Source: Candidatus Omnitrophota bacterium (GTDB taxonomy: Bacteria > Omnitrophota > Gorgyraeia > Pluralincolimonadales > Pluralincolimonadaceae). From it: DNA of 64,000 nt. The DNA is taken from assembly GCA_028716565.1 (NCBI GenBank), contig JAQUPL010000005.1:6379-70378 (forward strand). Direction: 5' to 3'. The notes beneath the pieces are model-generated. The model was not told the DNA's origin and did no database searches. It saw only the letters and a program-made list of their open reading frames with translations. The first letter of the stretch is position 1, and each line of letters opens with the position of its first letter. Shown piece after piece: positions 1-12,435 of the stretch. The translations under genes and the position numbers were made by a program.

Positions 1-53
1 CGAGAGCGGAAGCGGATAATAAGGAAATAGCCGCGGGGTCATGCGACCTAGTT

Positions 54-497
54 GTGGGTTCCGTCTCGCAGGTATCCGAAAGGGAGAAGAGCGATAAGCA
101 GCGTCTCACCGAGACCGCGGACAGGGTCCAGTCGCTTTACAACGATTTGAATACGGCCTACGAAACGAACAAAAAGAATTTCGACAAGAAGAAATGGGAT
201 GAATGGTCCGCCTCATGGCTCCGGATGACGAACGACCAGATGCGGATGTTCATGGATTACTCGAACGGCAATGTCGAAACGTTATACCCCAAGGTGCATG
301 GTAGCCTGGAAGTATCCTTCCGCCAGCTCGTTCTTCTTAATACGGCCTATTCGATGGAATTTGCCGCGCAAAAGAAACCTGGCGAAGTAGGACAGGGGCC
401 AACCTCGATGATGCTCAATCCGCAATTCCTCAAAAATTCCATCGATTCGACGCTGGCCGACGCGCGGAAAGAGATCAACCTGACCGTTACAAGATAA
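54..497 (+). CDS. hypothetical protein, probably 5'-truncated by window edge (open in-frame back to position 3, GTG at 54)
   Basis: ORF with no upstream in-frame stop to window start; no recognisable motifs; followed by promoter for next gene. Confidence 0.35.
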   Translation: MGSVSQVSEREKSDKQRLTETADRVQSLYNDLNTAYETNKKNFDKKKWDEWSASWLRMTNDQMRMFMDYSNGNVETLYPKVHGSLEVSFRQLVLLNTAYSMEFAAQKKPGEVGQGPTSMMLNPQFLKNSIDSTLADARKEINLTVTR

Positions 498-514
498 GAG
501 GCCGTTTTTTCCGC

Positions 515-543
515 TTGACAAGGATTTGCGCCTACGTTATATT
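515..543 (+). promoter_or_regulatory. sigma70-type promoter TTGACA-17bp-TATATT upstream of EF-G paralog
   Basis: TTGACA 515-520, 17-nt spacer, TATATT 538-543; ATG at 555 only ~5 nt after predicted TSS (near-leaderless). Confidence 0.5.
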
Positions 544-554
544 GACTAATACTT

Positions 555-2606
555 ATGGATAGATACCCCGCGCAGAACATCCGTAACGTAATTTTTGTCT
601 CGCATTCCGGTTCGGGGAAGACTTCACTGATCGAGGCGCTCCTCTTTAACGCCAAGATGACCACCCGGCTCGGAAAGGTAGCGGAAGGCAACACCCACTC
701 CGACTACAATGCCGACGAGATAGAACGAAAGATCTCCATCACCTCGAAATTCCTTCACCTTATCTGGAAGAACACAAGGGTCCATATCCTCGATACGCCG
801 GGGTACGCCGATTTCGTCGGCGACGTGATAGCCCCGCTGCGGGCGGCTGATGCGGCCGTGCTTTTGATCGAGGCGGTCCACGGCATAGAGGTCGGGACCG
901 AACGCGTATGGCAATTCCTGGAGGAGAGGAACCTCCCTCGCGCGATATTCATAAATAAACTTGATAAAGAGAACGCCAATTTTGAGAATACCCTCAACTC
1001 GATACGTGACAGGTTCGGGAAACAGTGCGTCGCGCTCCAGCTTCCCGTAGGGGAGGAGCTTTCGCTCAAAGGCGTAGAGGGCGTCCTGCCGAAGGACGGC
1101 AGATATAAGGAAGAGTTGCTCGACGCGGTCGTCGAGACCGACGACACGCTTACCGAGGAATTCCTGGAAGGCAAAGAGATCTCCCAGGAGGAGATGGCCA
1201 AGGCGCTAAAGTCGGCGTGTATCTCGGGAAAGATCATCCCGGTCTTTTGCGGCTCGGCAGTCCAGAATATCGGGGTGACGCAGCTCCTGGACGCGATCGT
1301 CGACCTTTTTCCGTCGCCGGCAGACAGGCCGCCGGTCGAGGGCATAAACCCGAAGACGAAAGAACCGGCCAAGAGAAATCCCGTCGATACCGAACCCTTC
1401 TCTGCTTTCATATTCAAGGATATATTCGATCCTTACGTGGGCCACCTTACGCTCTTCAGGGTATTCTCAGGGACGATAGAATCGAACACCGGATTCTATA
1501 ATTCATCGAGGGACCTCAAGGAACGCATAGGGCAGATTTATGTCCTGCAGGGCAAGGAGCAGGTGCCCATACAGAAGGCCGGCGCCGGAGATATAGCCGC
1601 CGTCGCCAAGCTCAAGGATTCCCACAATAACGACACCCTTTGCGACGAGAAGAACCCCATCGTCTTCCCTGCGACGACATTCCCGGAGCCGTGCATATCC
1701 GATTCCGTAAAACCCAAGACGCGCCAGGACGAGGAGAAGATAATGGGCGCATTGACCCGGCTCGCCTCGGAAGACCCGACATTCAAGATAACCCGCGACG
1801 AACAGACCCACGAGCTCGTTATATCGGGAATGGGAGACCTCCACCTGGATGTCATGCTCGACAGGATGAAGAAGCGTTTCGGCGTCGATGTAGAGGTGGG
1901 CGTTCCCAAAGTCCCCTATAAAGAGACAATAAAAAAGACCGTCAAGATACAGGGCAAATTCAAGAGGCAGTCCGGCGGCCGCGGGCAATACGGTGACTGC
2001 TGGCTCGAACTTGAGCCCCTGCCGCACGGACAGCAATTTGAGTTCGTGGATAAGGTCGTAGGCGGCGCGATCCCCAGGCAATTTATTCCGTCGGTCGAGA
2101 AAGGGGTAAGGGAAGCGATGAACAAGGGCTTCCTTGCCGGATACCCTGTCGTTGATATCAGGGTGACCGTTTACGACGGCTCGTTCCACGAAGTCGACTC
2201 CTCGGATATGGCCTTCCAGATAGCCGGCTCGATGGCCTTTAAGAGCGGGCAGGAGCAGGCGGGCCCGGTCCTTTTGGAGCCGATAATGAGCGTTGAGATA
2301 ATCGTCCCTAATGATCACCTCGGACAGATAACCGGCGATATTAACTCCCGCCGCGGGAGGATAATGGGCATCGAGGGAAGGGGCAAGCAGGAATATGTCA
2401 AGGCCACGATACCCCTGTCCGAGATGTTCAAATACGCGACCGAACTCCGTTCCATGACAGGCGGCCGCGGCTCATATTCGATGAAGTTCGACCACTACGA
2501 GGAAGTCCCCGCCAAGATCACCAACCTGATAGTCGCTAACACCAAGAAGGCGGCCGAAGAAGCAGCCGGCGGCCACGCCAACCACGGCCACGAGCACCAT
2601 AAATAG
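555..2606 (+). CDS. elongation factor G paralog (EF-G2-like translational GTPase)
   Basis: 683 aa; G1 VSHSGSGKT, G3 DTPG, G4 NKLD; EF-G domain order through C-terminus; atypical P-loop as in EF-G2 paralogs; His-rich tail GGHANHGHEHHK; not in rpsL-rpsG-fusA-tuf context. Confidence 0.8.
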   Translation: MDRYPAQNIRNVIFVSHSGSGKTSLIEALLFNAKMTTRLGKVAEGNTHSDYNADEIERKISITSKFLHLIWKNTRVHILDTPGYADFVGDVIAPLRAADAAVLLIEAVHGIEVGTERVWQFLEERNLPRAIFINKLDKENANFENTLNSIRDRFGKQCVALQLPVGEELSLKGVEGVLPKDGRYKEELLDAVVETDDTLTEEFLEGKEISQEEMAKALKSACISGKIIPVFCGSAVQNIGVTQLLDAIVDLFPSPADRPPVEGINPKTKEPAKRNPVDTEPFSAFIFKDIFDPYVGHLTLFRVFSGTIESNTGFYNSSRDLKERIGQIYVLQGKEQVPIQKAGAGDIAAVAKLKDSHNNDTLCDEKNPIVFPATTFPEPCISDSVKPKTRQDEEKIMGALTRLASEDPTFKITRDEQTHELVISGMGDLHLDVMLDRMKKRFGVDVEVGVPKVPYKETIKKTVKIQGKFKRQSGGRGQYGDCWLELEPLPHGQQFEFVDKVVGGAIPRQFIPSVEKGVREAMNKGFLAGYPVVDIRVTVYDGSFHEVDSSDMAFQIAGSMAFKSGQEQAGPVLLEPIMSVEIIVPNDHLGQITGDINSRRGRIMGIEGRGKQEYVKATIPLSEMFKYATELRSMTGGRGSYSMKFDHYEEVPAKITNLIVANTKKAAEEAAGGHANHGHEHHK

Positions 2607-2628
2607 CGCGGTTCCCGCCCAAAAATCC

Positions 2629-2658
2629 TTTACATTTTAACTCCCAAAATGGTATAAT
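2629..2658 (+). promoter_or_regulatory. promoter TTTACA-18bp-TGgTATAAT (extended -10) upstream of yebC
   Basis: TTTACA 2629-2634; TG 2650-2651; TATAAT 2653-2658; GGAGG RBS before ATG 2711. Confidence 0.5.
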
Positions 2659-2710
2659 TTTGTATTCAAATTCCACGAAAAATTAATCTAAATCGGAGGT
2701 ATTTTCTGAG

Positions 2711-3463
2711 ATGTCCGGACATTCAAAATGGAAAACACAAAAGAACAAAAAAGCCGCCGCTGATGCCGTAAAAGGCAGGGCGTTTACCAAAGCTACCAAA
2801 GAGATCACCGTCGCCGCGAAGGACGGGGGCGGCGACCCGGATGTGAATCCGAGGCTTCGCTTTGCCCTGGCAAAGGCCAGAGAAGTGAACATGCCCAAAG
2901 ACAACATAGAAAAGGCGATAAAGAAGGGCACCGGCGAGCTTCCCGGCGTGATCTATGAAACTATCAATTATGAAATCTACGGGCCGGGCGGCGTAGCGAT
3001 AATGGTCGAAGCCCTGACCGACAACAAAAACAGGGCCTCGGCAGAAATAAAGAATATCCTCTCGCGCAAGGGCGGCAATATGGCCGGCCCGGGCGCTGTC
3101 GCGCGCTTTTTCCATAAGAAGGGGCTGATCGTCATCGAAAAAACGAAGATCGACGAGGATAAGCTTATGGATATAGCCCTCAACGCAGGCGCCGAAGACA
3201 TGAAGACCGAAGATAAGATCTACGAGATAACGACAGACCCCAAGGATTTCGAGAAGGTCAAGAAGGCGCTTGATGACAACAAGATCGAATGCCAGCTGGC
3301 CGAGGTGACTAGTGTCCCGACAATGACGGTAAAGGTCGCCGGCGGCCCCGCGAAACAGGTCCTGGCGCTCGTCGAGGCGCTGGAAGATTACGAGGACGTC
3401 CAGAACGTATACGCGAATTTCGATATTCCCGACGAGATACTGGAACAGGCGAAGCAGGAATGA
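2711..3463 (+). CDS. yebC: YebC/PmpR family probable transcriptional regulator
   Basis: MSGHSKWKT N-terminus and full-length YebC-like sequence; conserved yebC-ruvC-ruvA-ruvB synteny. Confidence 0.9.
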   Translation: MSGHSKWKTQKNKKAAADAVKGRAFTKATKEITVAAKDGGGDPDVNPRLRFALAKAREVNMPKDNIEKAIKKGTGELPGVIYETINYEIYGPGGVAIMVEALTDNKNRASAEIKNILSRKGGNMAGPGAVARFFHKKGLIVIEKTKIDEDKLMDIALNAGAEDMKTEDKIYEITTDPKDFEKVKKALDDNKIECQLAEVTSVPTMTVKVAGGPAKQVLALVEALEDYEDVQNVYANFDIPDEILEQAKQE

Positions 3464-3993
3464 CAAATCCCGTTAGAAATCCGATTTCTAACGGGGTTAA
3501 AATACTGGGCATCGACCCAGGTTTATGCATGACCGGTTACGGCCTGATAGAGGCCGGGCCTAAGGGAATAAAGCTCATTGAAGCGGGTGTCGTAAGGACC
3601 TCGGCGAAAGAAAAAGTAGAGGCAAGGATAGAGAAGATATATAAGGCGATAAAAGGCCTCGTCAGGGAGTCGAAGCCGGACGTGCTGGTCCTCGAACAGT
3701 TATATTCCCATTACAGGCACCCCGCCACCTCCATACTTATGGGCCATGCCCGCGGCGCGATATGCCTCCTGGCGAAAGAGACCGGGACGGAACTGGTGGG
3801 ATATTCGGCCACGCGCGTCAAAAAGGCGGTCACAGGCGCCGGCCACGCGAGCAAATACCAGATGCAACGCATGATACAAAACCTTTTCAATATGAAGTCG
3901 GCCCCGAACCCGCCTGATATCTCTGACGCGTTGGCGCTCGCGGTCGCTCACGCACACATCTCCCGGATGGACGGGATAGCGGGGTCAAGATGA
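3460..3993 (+). CDS. ruvC: crossover junction endodeoxyribonuclease RuvC
   Basis: ILGIDPGL...GYG RuvC N-terminus; ATGA overlap with yebC stop; synteny. Confidence 0.85.
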   Translation: MTNPVRNPISNGVKILGIDPGLCMTGYGLIEAGPKGIKLIEAGVVRTSAKEKVEARIEKIYKAIKGLVRESKPDVLVLEQLYSHYRHPATSILMGHARGAICLLAKETGTELVGYSATRVKKAVTGAGHASKYQMQRMIQNLFNMKSAPNPPDISDALALAVAHAHISRMDGIAGSR

Positions 3994-4622
3994 TATCTCA
4001 TATCCGCGGCAAGATAGCCAAACGCAAAAGCTCATCCCTCATCATCGATGTCGACGGCGGTATCTCTTACGAGGTATTGATCCCAGGCTGCGTGATGAAG
4101 TCGATCGACGGACACATCTCCCCGGACGGTTCCATCAAGCTGATAACATACCATTACCACCATACCGACCCCGCGCGCAGCATACCCGTCCTCATAGGTT
4201 TCTTAAACGAGATAGAAAAGGAATTTTTCGAGAAGTTCATCACGGTTTCCGGCATCGGGCCCAAGGCTGCGGTCAGGGCCTTAAACGCCTCTATACCTCA
4301 GATAGTAAAAGCGATAGCCGACGGTGACCTCGCCGCGCTAAAATCCCTGCCAGGCATCGGGGAACAGCGCGCCAAGGAGATCGTCGCTAAGCTCCAGAAT
4401 AAGCTCGGGAAGTTCGGGCTGATACAGGAATACGGCGTAGAGATAACGGTCACCAAGGAACCGGATTTTGTGGAAGAGGCGACCGAGATCCTGCTGCAAT
4501 TGCAGTATAAGAAACCGGAGGCGAAAGAGATGATACGGAAGGCGCTCGAGCGTTCGCCGGGCATCAAGACCGCCGAAGACCTGTTAAACGAAGTCTATAA
4601 ACATAAGAAACATTCCAAATGA
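3990..4622 (+). CDS. ruvA: Holliday junction DNA helicase RuvA
   Basis: MISHIRGKI N-terminus, helix-hairpin-helix GIGPKAA / LPGIGEQRAKEI; overlaps ruvC stop. Confidence 0.9.
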   Translation: MISHIRGKIAKRKSSSLIIDVDGGISYEVLIPGCVMKSIDGHISPDGSIKLITYHYHHTDPARSIPVLIGFLNEIEKEFFEKFITVSGIGPKAAVRALNASIPQIVKAIADGDLAALKSLPGIGEQRAKEIVAKLQNKLGKFGLIQEYGVEITVTKEPDFVEEATEILLQLQYKKPEAKEMIRKALERSPGIKTAEDLLNEVYKHKKHSK

Positions 4623-5671
4623 GCGAAGAGAAGAAAGATAAAGAAGGGCGGTTGCGCGAAAAACTCGTCTTCAGCCAGGAGACAGAGGAAGATATAATAT
4701 TAAACCTTTCCTTGCGTCCCGCGAAGGTCACGGAGTTCGTAGGGCAGAAGGCGGTCGTTGATAACCTGCTCATCGCCGTGTCGGCCGCGAAGAAGAGGAA
4801 AGACCCGCTCGAGCACATCCTGTTTTCGGGCCCGCCGGGCCTCGGCAAGACGACGCTAGCCCATATAATAGCCGGCGAGATGGGGACGAAGATAACCGCC
4901 ACGTCCGGGCCGGCTATCGCGAAGGCCGGCGACCTGATCGGAATCCTTACAAACCTCGGCGATGGAGATATCCTTTTCATAGACGAGATCCACAGGCTCT
5001 CTAAGATCGTGGAGGAGTTCCTTTATCCGGCGATGGAGAATTACCAGATAGACTTTGTCATCGACAAAGGCCCTTACGCCAAGACTATTAAATTCAATCT
5101 AAAACCGTTCACGCTTATCGGAGCGACGACCCGCTCCGGCCTGTTGAGCGCACCGATGCGCGGCAGGTTCGGGATGTTCTACAGCCTCGATTTTTATCCC
5201 GCGGAGGAACTCGTTCATATAATCAAACGTTCCGCTAAAATACTCAAGATAACGCTCGATAAAGATTCCGCCGTTGAAATTGCTCAGCGCGCACGCGGGA
5301 CTCCGCGCATAGCCAACAGGCTCCTGCGCAGGGTAAGGGATTACGCCGAGGTGAAGAACGCGGGGAAGGTAGACAAAGAGATCGTGGACAAAGCGCTGGC
5401 GATGCTCGGCATCGACGCGATGGGCCTCGACGCCCTCGACAGGAAAGTGATGAAAGCTATCATAGATACGTATAGCGGCGGGCCGGTAGGAATAGAATCC
5501 CTTGCTGCGACATTGAATGAAGAGGCGGATACTATTTCTGACGTAGTCGAGCCGTTTTTGTTAAAGATAGGATTCCTGAAACGCACACCCCGCGGCAGGG
5601 AAGCCGCAAAGTCCGCATATGAGCATTTTAAAGTCCCCTCCAAAAAAGAATCCCAGAAGGAGTTGTTTTAA
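4619..5671 (+). CDS. ruvB: Holliday junction DNA helicase RuvB
   Basis: Walker A GPPGLGKTTLA, RuvB-like AAA+ and winged-helix C-terminus; overlaps ruvA stop. Confidence 0.92.
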   Translation: MSEEKKDKEGRLREKLVFSQETEEDIILNLSLRPAKVTEFVGQKAVVDNLLIAVSAAKKRKDPLEHILFSGPPGLGKTTLAHIIAGEMGTKITATSGPAIAKAGDLIGILTNLGDGDILFIDEIHRLSKIVEEFLYPAMENYQIDFVIDKGPYAKTIKFNLKPFTLIGATTRSGLLSAPMRGRFGMFYSLDFYPAEELVHIIKRSAKILKITLDKDSAVEIAQRARGTPRIANRLLRRVRDYAEVKNAGKVDKEIVDKALAMLGIDAMGLDALDRKVMKAIIDTYSGGPVGIESLAATLNEEADTISDVVEPFLLKIGFLKRTPRGREAAKSAYEHFKVPSKKESQKELF

Positions 5672-5677
5672 CCGGTC

Positions 5678-6843
5678 ATGCGAACCCGCCTCTGTTTTTT
5701 GACGATCTTCGCGGCAATATCGGTAATTACCGCTCCTGCGGTCCACTGCTTACAGGAGTTCACCGCCGCGCACGATCCGGTCCGCGTCCGCGTCGCAGTC
5801 GCAAAGGGCGCCGATTCGGTAAGGATCTTCATCGCCGGGAATTTCAGGATAATAGACCATCTCTCAAAAAGCGTCCTACTGGAGGAGAAGTACCTGCCCG
5901 AAACAGGCCTTATAGCGACCGATACGGGATTCGGTCTGGACGGTAAGGAGATCAGCGCCAACGCTATCTCGGTGGAACCCGTAGGCGGCTCGCGTGTCTA
6001 TATAAACGGGCGCATATTCAGGGGCGAGATAAGGGTATTTAAGGACGGAATGAAATTGACCGTCGTAAATACGGTTGACCTGGAAGAATACCTTTACGGC
6101 GTCATGCGCAACGAGGTCTCGACGTGGTGGCCGATGGAGGCGCTTAAGGCCCAGGCGATAGCTGCAAGGACCTATGCGTTGAGCCAGATAAAAGAATCGA
6201 AGGCGAAAGATTATGATGTCACGGCTGATGTGAGTTCCCAGGTCTACGGAGGTATCTTTTCCGAGAAATGGCGGACAAACAAGGCCGTGGACGAGACGAG
6301 GGACCAGGTCCTGACGTATAACGGGGTTATATTCCCGGCTTTTTTCCACGCCACATGCGGCGGCAGCACATTCGACGCCGCTTACCTTTGGAACATCGAC
6401 CTCCCTCCGCTGAAGGGGGTAAAGTGCAGGTGGTGCAGGAAATCGCCGCACTTTTACTGGGAAAAATGGATGTCGGTAAAAGAGGCGGAGGAGAAACTCG
6501 CGGGCGCCGGCTATCCTGTCGGTGACATAATCGGGTTTGAAGCCGTGAAAAGAGATCCGTTCTCAGCCCGGATATTGGAATTAAAGATCAAGGGCGACAA
6601 AGGGGAGGCGGTCCTCCTCGCGAAGGATTTCAGGCGGATGATCGGGGCCGATATAGTAAGGAGCACGAATTTCAAGGTCACGGTGATAGGGGAATATGTG
6701 GCCTTCGAAGGGCTGGGGTGGGGGCACGGGGTAGGCCTTTGCCAGTGGGGAGCATATTACATGTCCCGCGCCGGCAAGAAGGCGGACGAGATACTTGGAT
6801 TTTATTATCCCGGCTCAAAGATAACCTATCTTAAGGACGCGAA

Positions 6844-6847
<4 letters not shown>
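5678..6847 (+). CDS. SpoIID/LytB domain protein (secreted, signal peptide)
   Basis: N-terminal hydrophobic signal; SpoIID/LytB-like core (EEYLYGVMRNEV...WPMEALKAQAIAARTYAL). Confidence 0.7.
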
Positions 6848-9038
<2,191 letters not shown>

Positions 9039-9041
9039 ACG

Positions 9042-9335
9042 ATGGAACAACAAGGCGCAAACGCGATAGCAAGTTTTTTACCACTGATCCTCATATTTGT
9101 GGTATTTTATTTCCTGCTCATAAGACCCCAGCAGAAACAGAAGAAGGAACACGAAGAGATGGTGAAGAACCTCGCCAAGAACGATGAGGTCATCACGAGC
9201 GGCGGGATACACGGCACGATAGTCAACGTAAAGGATACATCCGTGGTCCTCCGCATTGACGATAACTCGAAGATGGAAGTCGAGAAATACGCGATAGCTT
9301 ACACGACAAAGAAGAGGACAGGAGAGGAGAAATGA
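9042..9335 (+). CDS. yajC: preprotein translocase subunit YajC
   Basis: 97 aa, single TM then HEEMVKNL...GGIHGTIV YajC-like; tgt-yajC-secDF synteny. Confidence 0.85.
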   Translation: MEQQGANAIASFLPLILIFVVFYFLLIRPQQKQKKEHEEMVKNLAKNDEVITSGGIHGTIVNVKDTSVVLRIDDNSKMEVEKYAIAYTTKKRTGEEK

Positions 9336-11578
9336 ACAGAGGGCTTCCCTGGAAAGCGGGATTAATATTCGCTTTAATAGCGGCTTCATTTTGGCTCATC
9401 TATCCGCCTTTTGACGTCAAGGATAAAGACGGGAAGGTGATACAGGAAGGCAAGATAAAGCTCGGCCTCGACTTGAAGGGCGGGATGCATCTTTTGCTTA
9501 AAGTCGATACCAGCCACCTGCCGGAGAACGCGCGTGAAGACGCCGGCGACAGGGCTATCGAGGTCATAAGGAACAGGATAGACCAGTTCGGGGTAAGGGA
9601 GCCGTCTATCCAGAGGCAAGGCAAGGACGAGATAGTGGTCCAGCTTCCCGGCGTCACCGACCGCGAGCGCGCCTTGAGCATAATCGGGCGGACCGCCCTG
9701 CTTGAATTCAAGCTGGTCTCAGATGACGCGGAAAAGATGAAGCAGGCGTTGACCGGCAATGTCCCCGAAGGCTATGAGCTAAAGACTTCCCTAGACGATG
9801 AGGGTAAGCTGCTGCTGGAAAAGCAGGCTGTCATGACAGGCGAGGGGCTCTCGAACGCCGCGATACATTTCGACCAGAGCAAATTCAACGAGCCGACGGT
9901 CAATATTACGTTTAATTCGGAAGGAGCGAAAAAATTCGCGAGGATAACAAGCGAGAATGTCGGCAGGAGGCTGGCAATAGTCCTTGACGGCAAAGTGCAG
10001 TCTGCCCCGGTCATAAGGGAAGCGATACCTTCAGGCGAGGCCGTGATAAGCGGAAGGTTCACGGTCGAGAACGCCAGGGACCTCTCATTGGTATTGAGGA
10101 CCGGCGCGCTACCTGCCCCCATGTATATCGAAGAGGAGAGGACTGTCGGCCCGTTGCTTGGGCAGGATTCCATCAATAAGGGTATAAAGGCGAGTTTGAT
10201 AGGAGGCGTGCTTATCCTTGTATTTATGGCCGGTTATTACCTCCTATCCGGTCTCATCGCCGACGTAGCCCTCAGCTTAAACTTGTTGTTCACCCTCGGA
10301 TGCCTCGGATTTTTGCCTTACGTATTCCCCGGCATATCCGCCACGCTGACCCTCCCCGGTATCGCAGGTATAGCCCTTTCGCTCGGCATGGCAGTCGACG
10401 CGAACGTGCTTATCAATGAAAGAATAAGGGAGGAATTGCAGGCCGGAAAGGCGCTGCGGCAGGCAGTCAGCCTCGGTTATGACAAGGCATTCAGCGCCAT
10501 ATTCGACTCGAACCTTACGACGCTGGTCGCGGCTCTATTCCTCTTCCAGTTCGGGACAGGCCCGATAAGGGGCTTTGCTGTGACCCTGACCATCGGCCTC
10601 ATGGCGAGCATGTTTACGGCGATCTTCGTTACGCGCGTCATAATGGAAACCCTCCTGAACGCCGGGCTGGTAAAATCCCTGCCGATGTTGAAGCTTATCA
10701 AGGAGACAAAAATAGATTTTATCGGGAAGAGGAAGATATTTTATGCCATCTCTATCATCGTGATAGGCGTAGGGCTCTTCTCATTTTTCTCGAAACAAGA
10801 TAAGGCGTACGGAATAGACTTCTCCGGAGGCCAGCTCCAGGAGTTTATGTTCAAGTCCGCCCCGGATATCGAAGGCGTCAGGAAGACGCTGAAAGAGCTT
10901 AACCTCGAGGATGCCTCGATCCAGCAGTTCAAGGATAATCCGAGGGTCATACTCATAAGGACCGCAGCCGACAAGAGCACGGACCTTACGAACAAGCTGA
11001 AGAGCGCTTTCCCGGACCAGGATATACAGATGCTCAAGATAGAGCATGTCGGGCCGGTCGCGGGAAAGCACCTCAAAACAAAGGCCGTATACGCGATCAT
11101 ATGGTCGCTGATCGGCATATTGGTATATGTCGCTTTCAGGTTCAAGCACTTTAATTTCGCTGTGGCGGGCGTCATAGCCCTTACACATGACGTCCTGGTG
11201 GCGTTGGGCTTCCTGGCGTTGACGAACAGGGCAATAGACCTGTTGAGCGTCACGGCTTTCCTTACCATCGCCGGTTATTCGATAAACGATACCATCGTCA
11301 TCTATGACAGGGTAAGGGAGAATTTGCGGCTAAACAGGAAGATGAGCCTGTATGATGTGATAAACCTGAGCGTCAACCAGACTCTGGGAAGGACGCTATT
11401 GACCTCGGGGGTCACGCTCCTCGTGGTATTGGCGATCTTCCTTTACGGCGGCGAGGTCCTGAGCAATTTCGCGTTCGCGCTGCTGGTGGGTTTTGTTTCC
11501 GGCGTATATTCGACCGTCTATATCGCCAGCCCGCTTGTGTTGGCATTTCAGCCGAGGAAGAAAGTAATTGGGAAATAA
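9332..11578 (+). CDS. secDF: protein translocase subunit SecDF (fused SecD-SecF)
   Basis: 748 aa; SecD-like N-terminal half and SecF-like C-terminal half, 12 TM-type hydrophobic segments; ATGA overlap with yajC. Confidence 0.88.
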   Translation: MNRGLPWKAGLIFALIAASFWLIYPPFDVKDKDGKVIQEGKIKLGLDLKGGMHLLLKVDTSHLPENAREDAGDRAIEVIRNRIDQFGVREPSIQRQGKDEIVVQLPGVTDRERALSIIGRTALLEFKLVSDDAEKMKQALTGNVPEGYELKTSLDDEGKLLLEKQAVMTGEGLSNAAIHFDQSKFNEPTVNITFNSEGAKKFARITSENVGRRLAIVLDGKVQSAPVIREAIPSGEAVISGRFTVENARDLSLVLRTGALPAPMYIEEERTVGPLLGQDSINKGIKASLIGGVLILVFMAGYYLLSGLIADVALSLNLLFTLGCLGFLPYVFPGISATLTLPGIAGIALSLGMAVDANVLINERIREELQAGKALRQAVSLGYDKAFSAIFDSNLTTLVAALFLFQFGTGPIRGFAVTLTIGLMASMFTAIFVTRVIMETLLNAGLVKSLPMLKLIKETKIDFIGKRKIFYAISIIVIGVGLFSFFSKQDKAYGIDFSGGQLQEFMFKSAPDIEGVRKTLKELNLEDASIQQFKDNPRVILIRTAADKSTDLTNKLKSAFPDQDIQMLKIEHVGPVAGKHLKTKAVYAIIWSLIGILVYVAFRFKHFNFAVAGVIALTHDVLVALGFLALTNRAIDLLSVTAFLTIAGYSINDTIVIYDRVRENLRLNRKMSLYDVINLSVNQTLGRTLLTSGVTLLVVLAIFLYGGEVLSNFAFALLVGFVSGVYSTVYIASPLVLAFQPRKKVIGK

Positions 11579-12434
11579 TAGGTATATACAGATAAGAAAT
11601 ATCCTTATCTGGATACTCGCACTCAACTGGGGAGTGGCCGTGGCCAAGATCGTATACGGCCTTTTGACGCAGTCCCTGGCCATGACATCCGACGGTTTCC
11701 ATTCGCTTTCGGACGGGTCGTCGAATATAATCGGCCTGATCGGGATAGCGGTGGCGTCGCGGCCCAGGGATGTCGGCCATCCTTACGGCCACGGCAAGTA
11801 TGAAACCCTCGCCTCGATGGCCATCGCGGTGGCGCTCTTCTTCATAGCCTTCAAACTCATAACGGAATCTATACACAGGCTGGTCCACCAGGAGCTTATC
11901 AATCCCGTGGCAAACGTGGGCAGCTTCATTGTGATGGGCGTGACCCTGGCAGTCAATATAGGCGTGATGAGATATGAATATAGAAGAGGAAAGCAACTGG
12001 GCAGCGATTTCCTTGTCGCCGACGCGATGCACACGGGTTCGGACATTTTCACTTCCATCACGGTCGTGATCAGCCTGGTCAGCGTCAGGATGGGGCTTCC
12101 CATCATAGACGTCATCGCAGGCATAATAATATCGCTGTTGATCGCGTATATAGGGGTCAGGATACTCATGGAGAGTTCGAAGGTCCTAACCGATTACGCG
12201 GTCATCGAAGTGCAGCAAATATGCGACGCGCTCTCCGATATAAAGGAGATAGTCGGCTGCCACCGTATAAGGACGCGCGGCCGCTCCGATGATATCCATG
12301 TCGACCTCCACGTGACCGTGGACAAGAACATGCCTGTCGGGAAGGCCCACGACCTGTCTACTACCATCGAGAAGCGCATTCGCGAAAAATTCCCCGGCGT
12401 CACAGATGTGATAGTCCATATAGAGCCCGCCTGA
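11568..12434 (+). CDS. cation diffusion facilitator (CDF) family transporter
   Basis: HSLSDG motif in TM2, HxxxD-type metal site, C-terminal cytoplasmic domain; start uncertain. Confidence 0.8.
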   Translation: MGNNRYIQIRNILIWILALNWGVAVAKIVYGLLTQSLAMTSDGFHSLSDGSSNIIGLIGIAVASRPRDVGHPYGHGKYETLASMAIAVALFFIAFKLITESIHRLVHQELINPVANVGSFIVMGVTLAVNIGVMRYEYRRGKQLGSDFLVADAMHTGSDIFTSITVVISLVSVRMGLPIIDVIAGIIISLLIAYIGVRILMESSKVLTDYAVIEVQQICDALSDIKEIVGCHRIRTRGRSDDIHVDLHVTVDKNMPVGKAHDLSTTIEKRIREKFPGVTDVIVHIEPA

Positions 12435-12435
12435 T

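Noticed and set aside
1503-2318. 271-aa minus-strand ORF (and many similar long antisense ORFs, e.g. 2723-3466, 7860-8921, 36269-37222, 36886-37716, 48526-49587, 48632-49447, 57332-58480, 51701-52459)
   Set aside because: Each is fully contained antisense within a strongly supported conserved + strand gene (EF-G, yebC, tgt, dnaG/rpoD, murE/murF, ddl/ftsQ, murD). GC-rich DNA commonly yields long stop-free antisense frames. They have no motifs, no RBS and no independent intergenic space.
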